48,437 nt of DNA from Candidatus Fermentibacterota bacterium (lineage in GTDB: Bacteria > JAFGKV01), in contig JAFGKV010000144.1 in NCBI GenBank assembly GCA_016928395.1, positions 1 through 48,437 on the forward strand, read 5' to 3'. Below, one piece after another: positions 7,858 through 17,204 of this stretch. Made by a program: the position numbers and the translations under genes. The notes under the pieces are model-generated. The model had not been told where the DNA came from. It did no database searches and saw only the letters and a program-made list of their open reading frames with translations. Positions within the stretch are counted from its first letter, which is position 1. Each line of letters starts with the position of its first letter.

Positions 7858-9723
7858 ATGAAGCGCATGCTCTTGGTGGTGCTCGTCCTTTCCTGCACCC
7901 GCACGAATTCCCCTGAGATAGCCCATCCTTCCGCCAGCGACGGGCACGGTACCGCGTGGGTTCTGCCGTGTGACCCCGTGGTGGCTGGGTCCCGCGGCAC
8001 ATGGGATTTCGTGTTCAAGGCGGGCAAAGGCGGCCTGCCGCCCGGAGGCGGCATTGTGTTCCAAGTGACGCCCTTCTGGGGCTGGTCGCCACCTCAGATT
8101 TCCGATCCCGCCCGGCCCGGGTTCTGCAGCGTCAGCACCGCTGCCTCGTGCAGCCTTGTTCCCTATGCCGACTCGGGCAGAATGTACCTTCTGGCCCAGG
8201 TCCGCGGCAGAGCCTTGGCCGAAGGCGAGGAGGTGGCATTTCGGTATGGTGACACGGGCGAGGGTCGCCACCCCGGTGGCGCCGCTTCCGTCGAGCCCTA
8301 TGCGGAGCGCTATCAAGAGTTCCTGATCAAGACCGATGGCGATGGCGACGGCGTCTATGGCGAGATCCCTGTGCAGCCTGGATTGCAGGTGCGCGCGCGG
8401 CCCGCGTCAGACCTATGGGTGAACGCACCGAGCCTGGTGACTCCCGGCCAACCCTTTGCCGTGACGGTGGCGGCATTGGACGAGGCCGGCAACTGCGACG
8501 AAGACTATCGGGGGGAGATCGCTATTACCGTGAACGGCCATGCCTCCGCGCCGGCGGTTCTTTGCCTCAGCGAGCAGGATCGGGGTGCGGGCCGGTTCGA
8601 GGCAACGATGCCCGGCCCCGGCGTGGTGATGTTCGCCGTCGTAGACGAAGTTTGCGGACTGGCGGCGCGATCAAATCCGGTGCTGTGTGGATCCGCAGGA
8701 CGCTTCCATCGCGTGTTCTGGGGTGATATCCACGGCCACACCGGCCTCAGCGACGGTACCGGGACGCCCGGCGACTACTATCGCTATGCCCGGGATGTGG
8801 CGGGCCTGGATGTAGCCTCGGTCACCGATCATGATTCCTGGGGGTTCCGCCCCCTCAAGGGCGTGTCGTGGGACAGCGTGACCGCGGCGACGGCACGCTA
8901 CCATGAACCCGGGCGCTTCGTGACAATCCTGGCGTACGAATGGACCAGTTGGACCTATGGCCATAGAAACGTCTACTTCCCCCACGACTCGGGAGAGGTC
9001 TTCCCTTATGACGATGAGGCCACCGGGACGCCCCAGCAGCTGTGGAGGATGCTGAAGCCATGCAACGCCATGACCATTGCCCATCATTCCGGCGGCGGTC
9101 CCATCGGTACCGACTGGTCGGTTCGGCCCCCACCGGATCAGGAGATGCTGGTGGAAGTCTTCTCCGTGCACGGTAGCTCGGAGTTTTGGGGCTGCCCCGG
9201 CTCGATTTACTCGCCGGTGGAGGGCCGATTCGTGCAGGATGCGTTGGCACGGGGTTATCGCCTGGGCTTCTTGGCATCGGGAGACGGGCACATCGGCCAT
9301 CCGGGCCGGTGGAGCCCCGGCAACACCCAAGGCCTGGTGGCCTTCCAGGCCGACACGTTGACGCGGGAGGCCGTCTGGAGAGCCCTCATCACCCGTCGAG
9401 TCTACGGTACGTCGGGATCCCGCATTCTGCTCCAGTTCACCGTGAACGACATGCCCATGGGGTCGGAACTTCCCTCAACGGCTGGAAAGAACCCCCGGCG
9501 CATCGACGTCGTGGCATGTGGTACTGCGCCGGTCAGCTCCATCGATATTGTGAAGAACGGTGAGGTGTGGCGCAGCGTCGCCGCCGAAGGCGTCGTCGCC
9601 ACCTTCTCGGAGACAGACAGCAGTCGCGTCGACGTGGGCGACTACTATTATGCACGAATAGTGCAGCTGGATGGTCACATGGCCTGGTCGAGCCCCGTGT
9701 GGATCGGGCAAGGACAGGAGTGA
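7858..9723 (+). CDS. PHP-like metallohydrolase lipoprotein (DUF3604 / CehA-McbA-like)
   Basis: Lipobox LVLSC; WGDIHGHTGLSDG, VTDHD, AYEWT, GHRNVYF, IAHH, EVFSVHG, GFLASGDGHIGHPG, YYYARIVQ...AWSSPVW. Confidence 0.85.
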   Translation: MKRMLLVVLVLSCTRTNSPEIAHPSASDGHGTAWVLPCDPVVAGSRGTWDFVFKAGKGGLPPGGGIVFQVTPFWGWSPPQISDPARPGFCSVSTAASCSLVPYADSGRMYLLAQVRGRALAEGEEVAFRYGDTGEGRHPGGAASVEPYAERYQEFLIKTDGDGDGVYGEIPVQPGLQVRARPASDLWVNAPSLVTPGQPFAVTVAALDEAGNCDEDYRGEIAITVNGHASAPAVLCLSEQDRGAGRFEATMPGPGVVMFAVVDEVCGLAARSNPVLCGSAGRFHRVFWGDIHGHTGLSDGTGTPGDYYRYARDVAGLDVASVTDHDSWGFRPLKGVSWDSVTAATARYHEPGRFVTILAYEWTSWTYGHRNVYFPHDSGEVFPYDDEATGTPQQLWRMLKPCNAMTIAHHSGGGPIGTDWSVRPPPDQEMLVEVFSVHGSSEFWGCPGSIYSPVEGRFVQDALARGYRLGFLASGDGHIGHPGRWSPGNTQGLVAFQADTLTREAVWRALITRRVYGTSGSRILLQFTVNDMPMGSELPSTAGKNPRRIDVVACGTAPVSSIDIVKNGEVWRSVAAEGVVATFSETDSSRVDVGDYYYARIVQLDGHMAWSSPVWIGQGQE

Positions 9724-9732
9724 GGGAGCGAA

Positions 9733-9864
9733 ATGGTGGAAGACTGGATGGAAGATTGGAATGATGGAAGATTGGAATGATGGAAGACTGGAATGATGGA
9801 AGATTGGAATGATGGAAGACTGGAATGATGGAAGATTGGATGAATGAATGGATGGATGGATGGG
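9733..9864 (+). repeat. Tandem array of 16-bp unit ATGATGGAAGAYTGGA (5 full units 9761-9840 plus 2 variant/partial) followed by GAAT/GGAT microsatellite
   Basis: Units at 9761, 9777, 9793, 9809, 9825 with Y = T,C,T,C,T; variant at 9733 and partial at 9748. Confidence 0.95.
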
Positions 9865-9969
9865 AGAGAATGGCACCCGTCGAACCAAGGGGCCATCCGG
9901 CCCTGCCCCCCGTTCGGGGGAGCTGGATCCATGCCCTCGTGTGACGAAATGAAACAAGGAGGAAGACCC

Positions 9970-10503
9970 ATGTTGAGGAAAGAACAGGCTGCTCTCGTGG
10001 TCATCGATGTGCAGGGAAAACTGGCACGGTTGGTGGATCCGAGTGATCATACCATTTTGAACATCGCACGGATGATCCGCGGGGCGCAGGTGCTGGGCCT
10101 GCCCGTTGTGATCACCGAGCAGTACCCCGAAGGTATCGGGCCGACTGTGGAGGAAGTCGGGGCGCTTCTGCGTGATTGTACACCTCTCACGAAGACCTCA
10201 TTCAGTTGCTGCGGCACTCCTTCGTTTCTTGAACAGCTTCAGCCGCGGTCCCAAGTGCTCCTGACTGGCATCGAGACCCATGTCTGCGTCTACCAGACCT
10301 GCCGCGACCTTCTGGCCAAGCAATTCGAAGTACATGTGGTGGCCGATGCCGTGGCGTCTCGAAGTGCCGAGGCCCGTACCATCGCCCTGGAGCGCATGCG
10401 CACTGAAGGCGCCGTCATCACCACCGTAGAGATGGCGCTTTTCGAGATGGTAGGCATCGCTGAGGGAGATGCCTTCTGCAAGATCCTTCGCATTGTGAAG
10501 TAG
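9970..10503 (+). CDS. Isochorismatase family cysteine hydrolase (YcaC-like)
   Basis: RBS AGGAGG; LVVIDVQGKL, TEQYPEGIGPT, KTSFSC, GIETHVCVYQT, VADAVASR. Confidence 0.93.
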   Translation: MLRKEQAALVVIDVQGKLARLVDPSDHTILNIARMIRGAQVLGLPVVITEQYPEGIGPTVEEVGALLRDCTPLTKTSFSCCGTPSFLEQLQPRSQVLLTGIETHVCVYQTCRDLLAKQFEVHVVADAVASRSAEARTIALERMRTEGAVITTVEMALFEMVGIAEGDAFCKILRIVK

Positions 10504-10516
10504 AGGGGGAAGGGGG

Positions 10517-10579
10517 ATGGAATGATGGAAGATTGGAATGGTGGAACGATGGAATGATGGAAGATTGGATGAATGGATG
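10517..10579 (+). repeat. Second array of the same 16-bp unit (3 units) with the same TGAATG-type tail
   Basis: ATGATGGAAGATTGGA at 10522 and 10554, variant ATGGTGGAACGATGGA at 10538, then TGAATGGATG. Confidence 0.92.
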
Positions 10580-10975
10580 CCTCGCTTCGCTCGCAGTTGT
10601 CAGTCGGGCCTCTGAGGGCGCGGGGCGCACGGTGGCTTCTCAAGGGAGATAGCATGCGGCCCCGCGGGCGGGCAGTTGCTCCCGCACCGCCGGATGCGGG
10701 GCAGAGCCCCGGGCACAGCCCTGCGAGGAACCGTTGCCTCGGAGGGGCGACCGGCCCTGCTCTCCCGAACGGGATGCGGTTCGCTATCGTTGTCGTCATC
10801 GTAATCGACGAGCCGGGCATTCGCGCCCGTGCTTCCCCATGTTCTCTGGAACAAATGGGGGCCCCGGACTCGCCCGGATGATACATGGCGAGACTTCCAC
10901 CCCTCGTCCGGTCATTGCCCGACTCGATCGGGCAGTCCAGGCAGAAGCATCTCGACCGAGTTCTTGATCACCCCT
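10575..10975 (+). repeat. ~400-bp dispersed non-coding element, copy A
   Basis: Collinear blocks shared with the reverse complement of 46945-47352, e.g. TGCGAGGAACCGTTGCCTC (10722-10740 / 47198-47216) and GTTCTCTGGAACAA (10841-10854 / 47068-47081). Confidence 0.88.
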
Positions 10976-11047
10976 GCGCAACCCGATGGGTTCCTTCGGG
11001 TATGATAGGGGTCACACCTGTACCCCAAGCTCAGGGAATCAACCGCC

Positions 11048-11941
11048 GTGGAATCAAAACCCCGCTCTCGACGCTTCCTTCCGCCGCTGCGAAGCACACT
11101 CCTGTGGATGCTGGCCCTGGCTATCACGCTGGGATGCCTGCGGTATCAGGACAAGACCGGGCCGACCTACCCCCTGGAGGGCGTCTTGCCTACCGGCGCA
11201 GGCCCAGTACGCTACAAGTTCATGCGAAGCGAGACCATTGGCCGCGACCTGGCTATCGTGCTGCAAGATCCCGTTCCTGAAGGCATCCGCGGGACTGTCA
11301 CCTACCGGCGCTACCGATCCCATGATGCCTGGTCCACGAACCCTATGCAACGCGGAAGTTTTGAATCGGCAAGACGCGGACGAATCGAGACAATCCGTGG
11401 GGAAGGCGTTCTGCTGCCGAGCCTCCGGGAGCGGGCAGGAAAGTACGAGTATTATGTGCATGTCGACGATGGCGCAGGCAACCCCCGCTCCGTGACAGGG
11501 ACCCGCCCCATCATCGCCCGCTATAAGGGGCCGGTGCCCACGGGAGTGCTGGCCTTCCATATCTTGGCGGTGTTCGCCTCCATGTGGCTGGCGATTCGCA
11601 CCGTGCTGGAGGCCGCAGCTCGGGGGCGCTATCACGGGCTCCTGTGGGCAACCATCGCATCGCTCTTCGCCGGAGGATTCGTGCTGGGGCCGCTAGTGCA
11701 ATGGTACGCCTTTGGTGTCTTGTGGTCGGGCATACCCTTCGGCTTTGACTGGACCGACAACAAGGTGCTTGTTGGCTTGGGGGCGTGGATTGTCGCCCTC
11801 CTCAAGAACAGACGCGGGCCGAACCGGCGCTGGGTATACCTTGCAGGCGTCGTGACCCTGTGTGTCTACTTCATCCCCCACAGCATCTTCGGTTCCGAGT
11901 TCGACTACCGAACCGGGACTGGCCGCGGCACTACGGGTTAG
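11048..11941 (+). CDS. Hypothetical membrane protein (N-terminal anchor, soluble domain, about 4 C-terminal TM helices)
   Basis: 297-aa ORF; YQDKTGPTYP, GPLVQWYAFG..WSGIPFGFDWTDNK, IPHSIFGSEFDY look like conserved blocks of an uncharacterised family. Confidence 0.8.
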   Translation: MESKPRSRRFLPPLRSTLLWMLALAITLGCLRYQDKTGPTYPLEGVLPTGAGPVRYKFMRSETIGRDLAIVLQDPVPEGIRGTVTYRRYRSHDAWSTNPMQRGSFESARRGRIETIRGEGVLLPSLRERAGKYEYYVHVDDGAGNPRSVTGTRPIIARYKGPVPTGVLAFHILAVFASMWLAIRTVLEAAARGRYHGLLWATIASLFAGGFVLGPLVQWYAFGVLWSGIPFGFDWTDNKVLVGLGAWIVALLKNRRGPNRRWVYLAGVVTLCVYFIPHSIFGSEFDYRTGTGRGTTG

Positions 11942-12077
11942 TACGCGCGATAGGCGACTCATGGAAGGCACAAGCCCTGACATAACATTCTTTGAGCGTA
12001 CTACGCTGTAGGCAGTATTCTCGCGCGAGGGAATCATCCTCCGAGCCGGCGGCAGAACTGCGGCTGCCGGCGGCTGA

Positions 12078-12932
12078 CTACGCCCGCGGCCCCTCGCCCA
12101 GTACTACTCTCCCACCCCAACGTGTGACGAATCCCTCGATCTGCAGTTCATGCACCGCCCGGGCGACGGCGGTATCCTCCCCGGAAACCGCAGAGCCCAG
12201 GCACGCGGCATCCTCCGAGCCGTGGATGGCCAAATGCCGCAGGATACGGCCTCTGAGCTGCCGGTTCGAGCCTTCGAAGGGTGACTGGCGGCGATGACCC
12301 AGGCTGCGACGGGAAGGGTTGGGAACCATCGTCTTGAGGTAAGAGCCGTAGTCCATCAACGCCCAGTACCACTCCCGTGGATTGGTACGATCAAGGGTTG
12401 CCCCGACCAGCGGCAGGAGATCCTTGTCGGCGACGACATCCCGTTCCAGAGAGAAGTGGTGGATAAACACGCTCCGGATATTGGTCTCGATGAAAACCAC
12501 CGGACGGTTGAACGCGAATGCCGCGATTGCGCAGGCCGTGGCTCGCCCGATGCCCGGCAGCTTCTCCAGCAGGGTGGGATCATCAGGAATCACGCCACCA
12601 CGGTCAACCAACTCCCGGGCCAGGCGGTGGAGGGCCACAGCCCTCCGGTTGTAACCCAGACCCTGCCAGACCTTCAGCACCCGGGCCAGTGATGAAGCCG
12701 CCAAGGCGGTAACATCCGGAAATTCCGCCAGGAAATCGCCATACTTTCCCATCACCCGGGGCACCTGGGTCTGCTGGAGCATGACCTCGGAGATGAGAAT
12801 TCGGTAGGGATCATCGGTCTCCCGCCAGGGCATGGCCCGGCGGTGGCGACGGTAGTGCTCGTATACCGTCGCCCGAAAACACGCTATGGCGGCGGTGTCA
12901 AGCTTTGGTGTGCAGGTTACGGGCGGGGGCAT
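12078..12932 (-). CDS. mutY: A/G-specific adenine glycosylase, short HhH-GPD form lacking the Fe-S cysteines
   Basis: MPWRETDDPYRILISEVMLQQTQV, WQGLGYNRRA, LPGIGRATA, ETNIRSV, ALMDYG; ATG 12932 with GAGGAG RBS. Confidence 0.88.
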   Translation of the reverse strand: MPPPVTCTPKLDTAAIACFRATVYEHYRRHRRAMPWRETDDPYRILISEVMLQQTQVPRVMGKYGDFLAEFPDVTALAASSLARVLKVWQGLGYNRRAVALHRLARELVDRGGVIPDDPTLLEKLPGIGRATACAIAAFAFNRPVVFIETNIRSVFIHHFSLERDVVADKDLLPLVGATLDRTNPREWYWALMDYGSYLKTMVPNPSRRSLGHRRQSPFEGSNRQLRGRILRHLAIHGSEDAACLGSAVSGEDTAVARAVHELQIEGFVTRWGGRVVLGEGPRA

Positions 12933-13331
12933 GGAGGCTCCTCTGAGACGTTTCGGCATCCAGTGTGCCGGAGATTCGACTCTCCGTGTTCGCCAGATGG
13001 CTGGCGAGTCTGCAGCAGGTACGTTCCTTGCATGACGCTTACCTCTGCATACGCTTCCTGTCCGGGCCTGAGGGCAGCTGGCCCAGGTCGACCGGCTTGA
13101 CGCGGCGTAACGTGCGGCGATGGCACGCTCTCCAAACCGCCCAAAGCGTCACGCGGATCGGATCGGTCACTGCCCTCCGGCCCGGCCTCCGTTCTGGCAG
13201 TATTCATGGCCTGAGACCAGCGCCTGCTCCGAGTCCCTGCTGTTCGGATCCGATCGAGGATGTCCAGACGTGAACAGACCACCTGGTCAACGTCGCCCAC
13301 AGTGCGCGATCACCTTCCAGAGAGCGATCGG

Positions 13332-15212
13332 CTACTGAAGCGCCAGAATCGCGCCTTCCAGACCTTCCAAATGAATTACCAAGGCTTTGTCCTGCGCGGT
13401 GTAGACGCCGCCGTTCAGCAAATCGACCCACGCACCGTCGGCCGAGCACGGTACGGTCGCCGTTTGCGGGGAATCATTATTGTTGAGTGCCACGATCACG
13501 GTTTCGTTTCCCTCGGTTCGAGAGAACACGTAGATGGAGCGGGCATCGTCAGCCGTCATCGCCTGGAAATCGCCGATCCGCAGGGCGACGTGCCGATTTC
13601 TGATGGAGATAAGCATACGATAGTATTCGTGAAGACCGGCATCGAAGGATACTGAATCGCCTCTCTCCCTGCGCGAACCGTCAGGACGGACCACCTCGTC
13701 CTCATATGTCATGTCATCCCAGACCATGGGCTTACGGCAGCATGGATCATTCGCTCCCCACATGCCGGCTTCGCCACCGTAGTAGATCATGGGCGCACCC
13801 ACATAGGTCATCTGAAAGAGCGCGCAGAGCTTCTGGATGCGGCGTTCGTGCTCGGTTGGTTTCCGCGTGTCATACGCCGGGTTGGAGCCTTTGGAGCGAT
13901 CGAAGTACTCGCCCCAATTCCCGTAGCCGCCCGATCCCCGGTTGACTATGTGGGAAGCCAGTCGGTTGGAGTCATGGCTGTCGTAGAGGTTCTGCATGAT
14001 GTAGGCCATTTCCGGATGGAAGGCCGCCCGGAGTTCGGCAAGACGCCGGTCAAACTCCGAAGCGGTGATTCTGCCAGCCTTCTCGACGAAAAACTCTCCA
14101 CAGATGGCCGCGAAGTTGTAGTTCATGATGGCATCGAACTCGTCTCCCTCCAGATAGGGCTTCAGAGCTCGGATGCTGTCGATGACCTCGGCAGTGAGGT
14201 ATGCCTCCGGGTTGATCTCCTTCACCAGCAGACGCCAGTCTTTCCAGAACTGGTGATTCACACAGAATGCCACATCCAGCCGCCACCCGTCGATGCCGTC
14301 GGAGGGAACGCCGTCGCCATCGGGATCCATCCACCGCCTGGTCGCCGCATAGATATACTCCCGGGGGCCCTGAACGATACCGCGCCCATCCTCGCGCAAC
14401 TCAGGCAGCTCCCGCACGCCGAACCAGCCGTGGTAGTCGAACCGTGAACCGGTTCGCGGATTCTCCCAGGACGTGATCTCGAACCAGTCCTTGAACCGCG
14501 ATTTCTGTTGATTTCGGAGGACGTCCTGGAACGCAAAACTAGTGATGCCCATGTGGTTGAACACACCGTCGAAGATGATCCGCATACCCCGGGCATGCAC
14601 CTGGCGAATCAGCTCCAACATCAAGCGGTCGGCAGCAGTCCAGACCCAGGTTGATGCATCGTCGGGCACTTCGGAGGCGATGAGCCGCCTGTCGCCTGCC
14701 GGATCGGGCCCGAAAGTCGGGTCAATATGATGATAGGTTGCCCCGTCGTACTTGTGGAGCGAAGGTGCCTGGAACACCGGGTTGAGGTAGAGGGCGCCTA
14801 TCCCCAGCTCGTGGAGATAGTCGAGCTTGTCGATGATGCCCTGGAGGTCGCCGCCATAGCGCCTGCGCTGGAGATTGAACCAGATGTCCCGCCCGTTCTC
14901 CTGCTCATAGGGCTGGAGCGTATACCAATCCGAAGTCCAGGGGTGAATCTGCCACGGGGAAGTGTGGTCATGGGGCCATGATCCTTCTATGTCCTCAACT
15001 CGTGGGTCATTGCCAGGATCGCCATTGCGAAACCGCTCCGGGAAAACCTGGTACCAGACGACGTGCTTGGCCCACTCCGGCGCATGGTACGGCGGCTTCA
15101 GATTCCGCATCATCCTCCACACCGTCTCATCCGGCCCGGTCGTGGGAGTGGTGTGAGTACACCCGCTGAGAAACCCCGCGACAAAGCTCGTGACAAGTGC
15201 CGCACGATACAC
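13332..15212 (-). CDS. GH13 glycoside hydrolase (neopullulanase/cyclomaltodextrinase-like) lipoprotein
   Basis: GTG 15212 with GGAGGAG RBS; lipobox FLSGC; YQVFPERFRNGD, GGDLQGII, DGVFNH, DGWRLDVA, AEV, DSHD, YYGGEAGM. Confidence 0.93.
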   Translation of the reverse strand: MYRAALVTSFVAGFLSGCTHTTPTTGPDETVWRMMRNLKPPYHAPEWAKHVVWYQVFPERFRNGDPGNDPRVEDIEGSWPHDHTSPWQIHPWTSDWYTLQPYEQENGRDIWFNLQRRRYGGDLQGIIDKLDYLHELGIGALYLNPVFQAPSLHKYDGATYHHIDPTFGPDPAGDRRLIASEVPDDASTWVWTAADRLMLELIRQVHARGMRIIFDGVFNHMGITSFAFQDVLRNQQKSRFKDWFEITSWENPRTGSRFDYHGWFGVRELPELREDGRGIVQGPREYIYAATRRWMDPDGDGVPSDGIDGWRLDVAFCVNHQFWKDWRLLVKEINPEAYLTAEVIDSIRALKPYLEGDEFDAIMNYNFAAICGEFFVEKAGRITASEFDRRLAELRAAFHPEMAYIMQNLYDSHDSNRLASHIVNRGSGGYGNWGEYFDRSKGSNPAYDTRKPTEHERRIQKLCALFQMTYVGAPMIYYGGEAGMWGANDPCCRKPMVWDDMTYEDEVVRPDGSRRERGDSVSFDAGLHEYYRMLISIRNRHVALRIGDFQAMTADDARSIYVFSRTEGNETVIVALNNNDSPQTATVPCSADGAWVDLLNGGVYTAQDKALVIHLEGLEGAILALQ

Positions 15213-15519
15213 AGACTCCTCCAGTCTGATCCGGTCGAACACGATCGATGGGCCAAGCGATACCCATGCCGAGTTGCCTGCGGTGGGCCCCTGTGTCAAG
15301 ACTTGCGGCGGCTGTACCCGGAATGATGGGCAATCGAGGAGTGCGTACAAGGAAGTGAGTCGGCTCGCCGGTCAGTTTCCAGGGATCAGGGGATCCCACG
15401 GATTGTCGCGCGCAACCCGATCCCGCGAGGAAATCCACGTTCCCGCCCGCCGGATTCTCGTGGCCTCCCCAAGCCGTAGATCTCCACCTCCTGAGGAGTC
15501 ATGTCGCCACCCACCACGC

Positions 15520-15554
15520 AATCGCCGACAACGCTCAAGGCGTTGCCGGCGATT
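15520..15554 (-). terminator. 15-bp stem hairpin downstream of the tricorn-ferredoxin-HMA operon
   Basis: AATCGCCGGCAACGC-CTTGA-GCGTTGTCGGCGATT on the minus strand (one G.U pair), 16 nt after the stop; no U-tract. Confidence 0.55.
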
Positions 15555-15570
15555 CGATCAGGCTGCGCAG

Positions 15571-15960
15571 TTATTCCTTGGAGTTGGCGCAGGTCTTCCT
15601 GCTGGGGCACCCACCGCAGGGGCCCTGGGCCGCGGGGGGTGCGTCGCCGACTTCCTCCAGTGTCGCGCCGGGCGCGGCAGCGGCCACGGTCTCAGTCACC
15701 TTCTCGGCTGTTGTCTTCTTCGGATCAAAGGTAACTGAGAGCAGGCTATCCTCTACACTGGGTTTGGCGGCCATGATACCCGGTTGCCCGGCCAGGGCCT
15801 TCACGACCTCCTTGGCCAAGTCGGCAGTAAGCTCCGGAATCCAAAACTGCGCCATCTGAGGCGCAGTGGCCGCCGCCTTTGGGGCTTCGGCATGGCAATC
15901 GCCGGCCCACGCGGCGCCACCGACGGCAAGCATGACAAGGAATAGCGCGAATGATTTCAC
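15571..15960 (-). CDS. Exported HMA-like protein with C-terminal CGGCP-x4-C motif
   Basis: GTG 15960 with GGAGGA RBS; signal peptide ending AWA; KALAGQPGI...SVTFDPKKTT resembles the HMA fold; tail PCGGCPSRKTC. Confidence 0.75.
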   Translation of the reverse strand: MKSFALFLVMLAVGGAAWAGDCHAEAPKAAATAPQMAQFWIPELTADLAKEVVKALAGQPGIMAAKPSVEDSLLSVTFDPKKTTAEKVTETVAAAAPGATLEEVGDAPPAAQGPCGGCPSRKTCANSKE

Positions 15961-16011
15961 TCGATGGTCCTCCCACTTGGGTTCAAACACACAATACGCA
16001 CACGGGCGAGT

Positions 16012-17190
16012 TTACCGATCTACGGGCACTCCGTCAATCTCAGCGACGCGGTACACGCCGAAAGAGTACTCACCGCTCTCCTCGTCGAAGATAGGCCCTT
16101 CCAGGGCACGAATGATCTCTTGGATCGAGCATTTCGTCGCGTCGAACATCACCTCAACTCGATTCCGTGACGCGTATGCTTCGAAACGCACAACCCCCTC
16201 CACATCGGTTAGCGCCTTGCCGGCCTGCGCCGCCGTATCCACGCAGCGTACCCCGTCCACAAGTAGCCCCACCACGGTCAATGACGAAACCGACGATGCC
16301 TGATACTCCAGCGTGACGCTCGGTATGGCAAGTACACGAGCCCCGAGTAACGAGAGGGCAGTGACCAAGGCGATGAACGCGGGTATGACCCAAACAGGCA
16401 GTCTCATCCTCACACCGCCTCGACCCTGAAGATGCAACGCATCCGTGGGACACACGCCGATACACTCCGCGCACAGCGTGCATTCCGCCGATCTCACCTC
16501 CGTCACCGTGGCAACGGCCAAAGCGTGGGGACAGGCCCGGTCGCATACGCCGCAGTCGATGCAGGCCTCCCGGCGCCGGGCGATCCTCAAACGCCCAAGG
16601 GCAGAAGCCGGGAGGATCGCAGCACCCAGCGGACACAGATACCGACACCACAGCATGGGTACAGCCACAGTTGCGGCAATCACTCCACCGATGACGGCAT
16701 AGCTCCAGGGCTGCACATCGTGACCGTGGAAGCTGAACAACACGTAGTACGGGTCGAACCCCCGGAACACCAGTTCGCCAACGCGATAGGTGAACCAGAG
16801 GATCAGAATCAGCACGCACAGCCTCAGCCAGCGGAGGCCGGCGTCGAGGCCCGGAGAGAAGGGAGGCAAGAATGTGGGCCGGCGACCTTGCACTGCTGCC
16901 TTGAGTCGCGCAATCCACTCCGACACGGCGCCCACGGGGCATATCCATCCGCAGAAGGCTCGGCGAGACACCAAAGTGAGCACCACCAAGCCGATGAACA
17001 AGGCCAGGTTCCGTTCGCCTGCCGCGCAGGTGAATCTTTGGCTCGTGAAGAGCGACAGCGCTGATTCAAGCCCTCCAAAGGGACAGTAAGTCTCGACGCT
17101 GATCCGGCTGAACCCATGGGCAAATCGATACCCAGTGACCAGAGCCGCCAGCACCACGCTGGCCTGGACAACGGTGCGAAGTGTTCTCAT
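16012..17190 (-). CDS. Membrane polyferredoxin (NapH/MauN/YccM-like 4Fe-4S binding protein) with C-terminal HMA-like domain
   Basis: YCPFGGLE, RAFCGWICPVGA, WCRYLCPLGA, CIDCGVCDRACP, CTLCAECIGVCP; several TM helices; C-terminal VDGVRCVDT...VEGV...VMFD. Confidence 0.9.
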   Translation of the reverse strand: MRTLRTVVQASVVLAALVTGYRFAHGFSRISVETYCPFGGLESALSLFTSQRFTCAAGERNLALFIGLVVLTLVSRRAFCGWICPVGAVSEWIARLKAAVQGRRPTFLPPFSPGLDAGLRWLRLCVLILILWFTYRVGELVFRGFDPYYVLFSFHGHDVQPWSYAVIGGVIAATVAVPMLWCRYLCPLGAAILPASALGRLRIARRREACIDCGVCDRACPHALAVATVTEVRSAECTLCAECIGVCPTDALHLQGRGGVRMRLPVWVIPAFIALVTALSLLGARVLAIPSVTLEYQASSVSSLTVVGLLVDGVRCVDTAAQAGKALTDVEGVVRFEAYASRNRVEVMFDATKCSIQEIIRALEGPIFDEESGEYSFGVYRVAEIDGVPVDR

Positions 17191-17204
17191 CGCCCGGGGC
17201 ACAG

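Noticed and set aside
9733-9864. CRISPR array
   Set aside because: Units are 16 bp, contiguous, without unique spacers; no cas genes in the window
9475-10886. Minus-strand ORFs with IIPIFHHSS-type repeats (9475..10050, 9675..10004, 10290..10886)
   Set aside because: Translations of the tandem DNA repeat, antisense to well-supported genes
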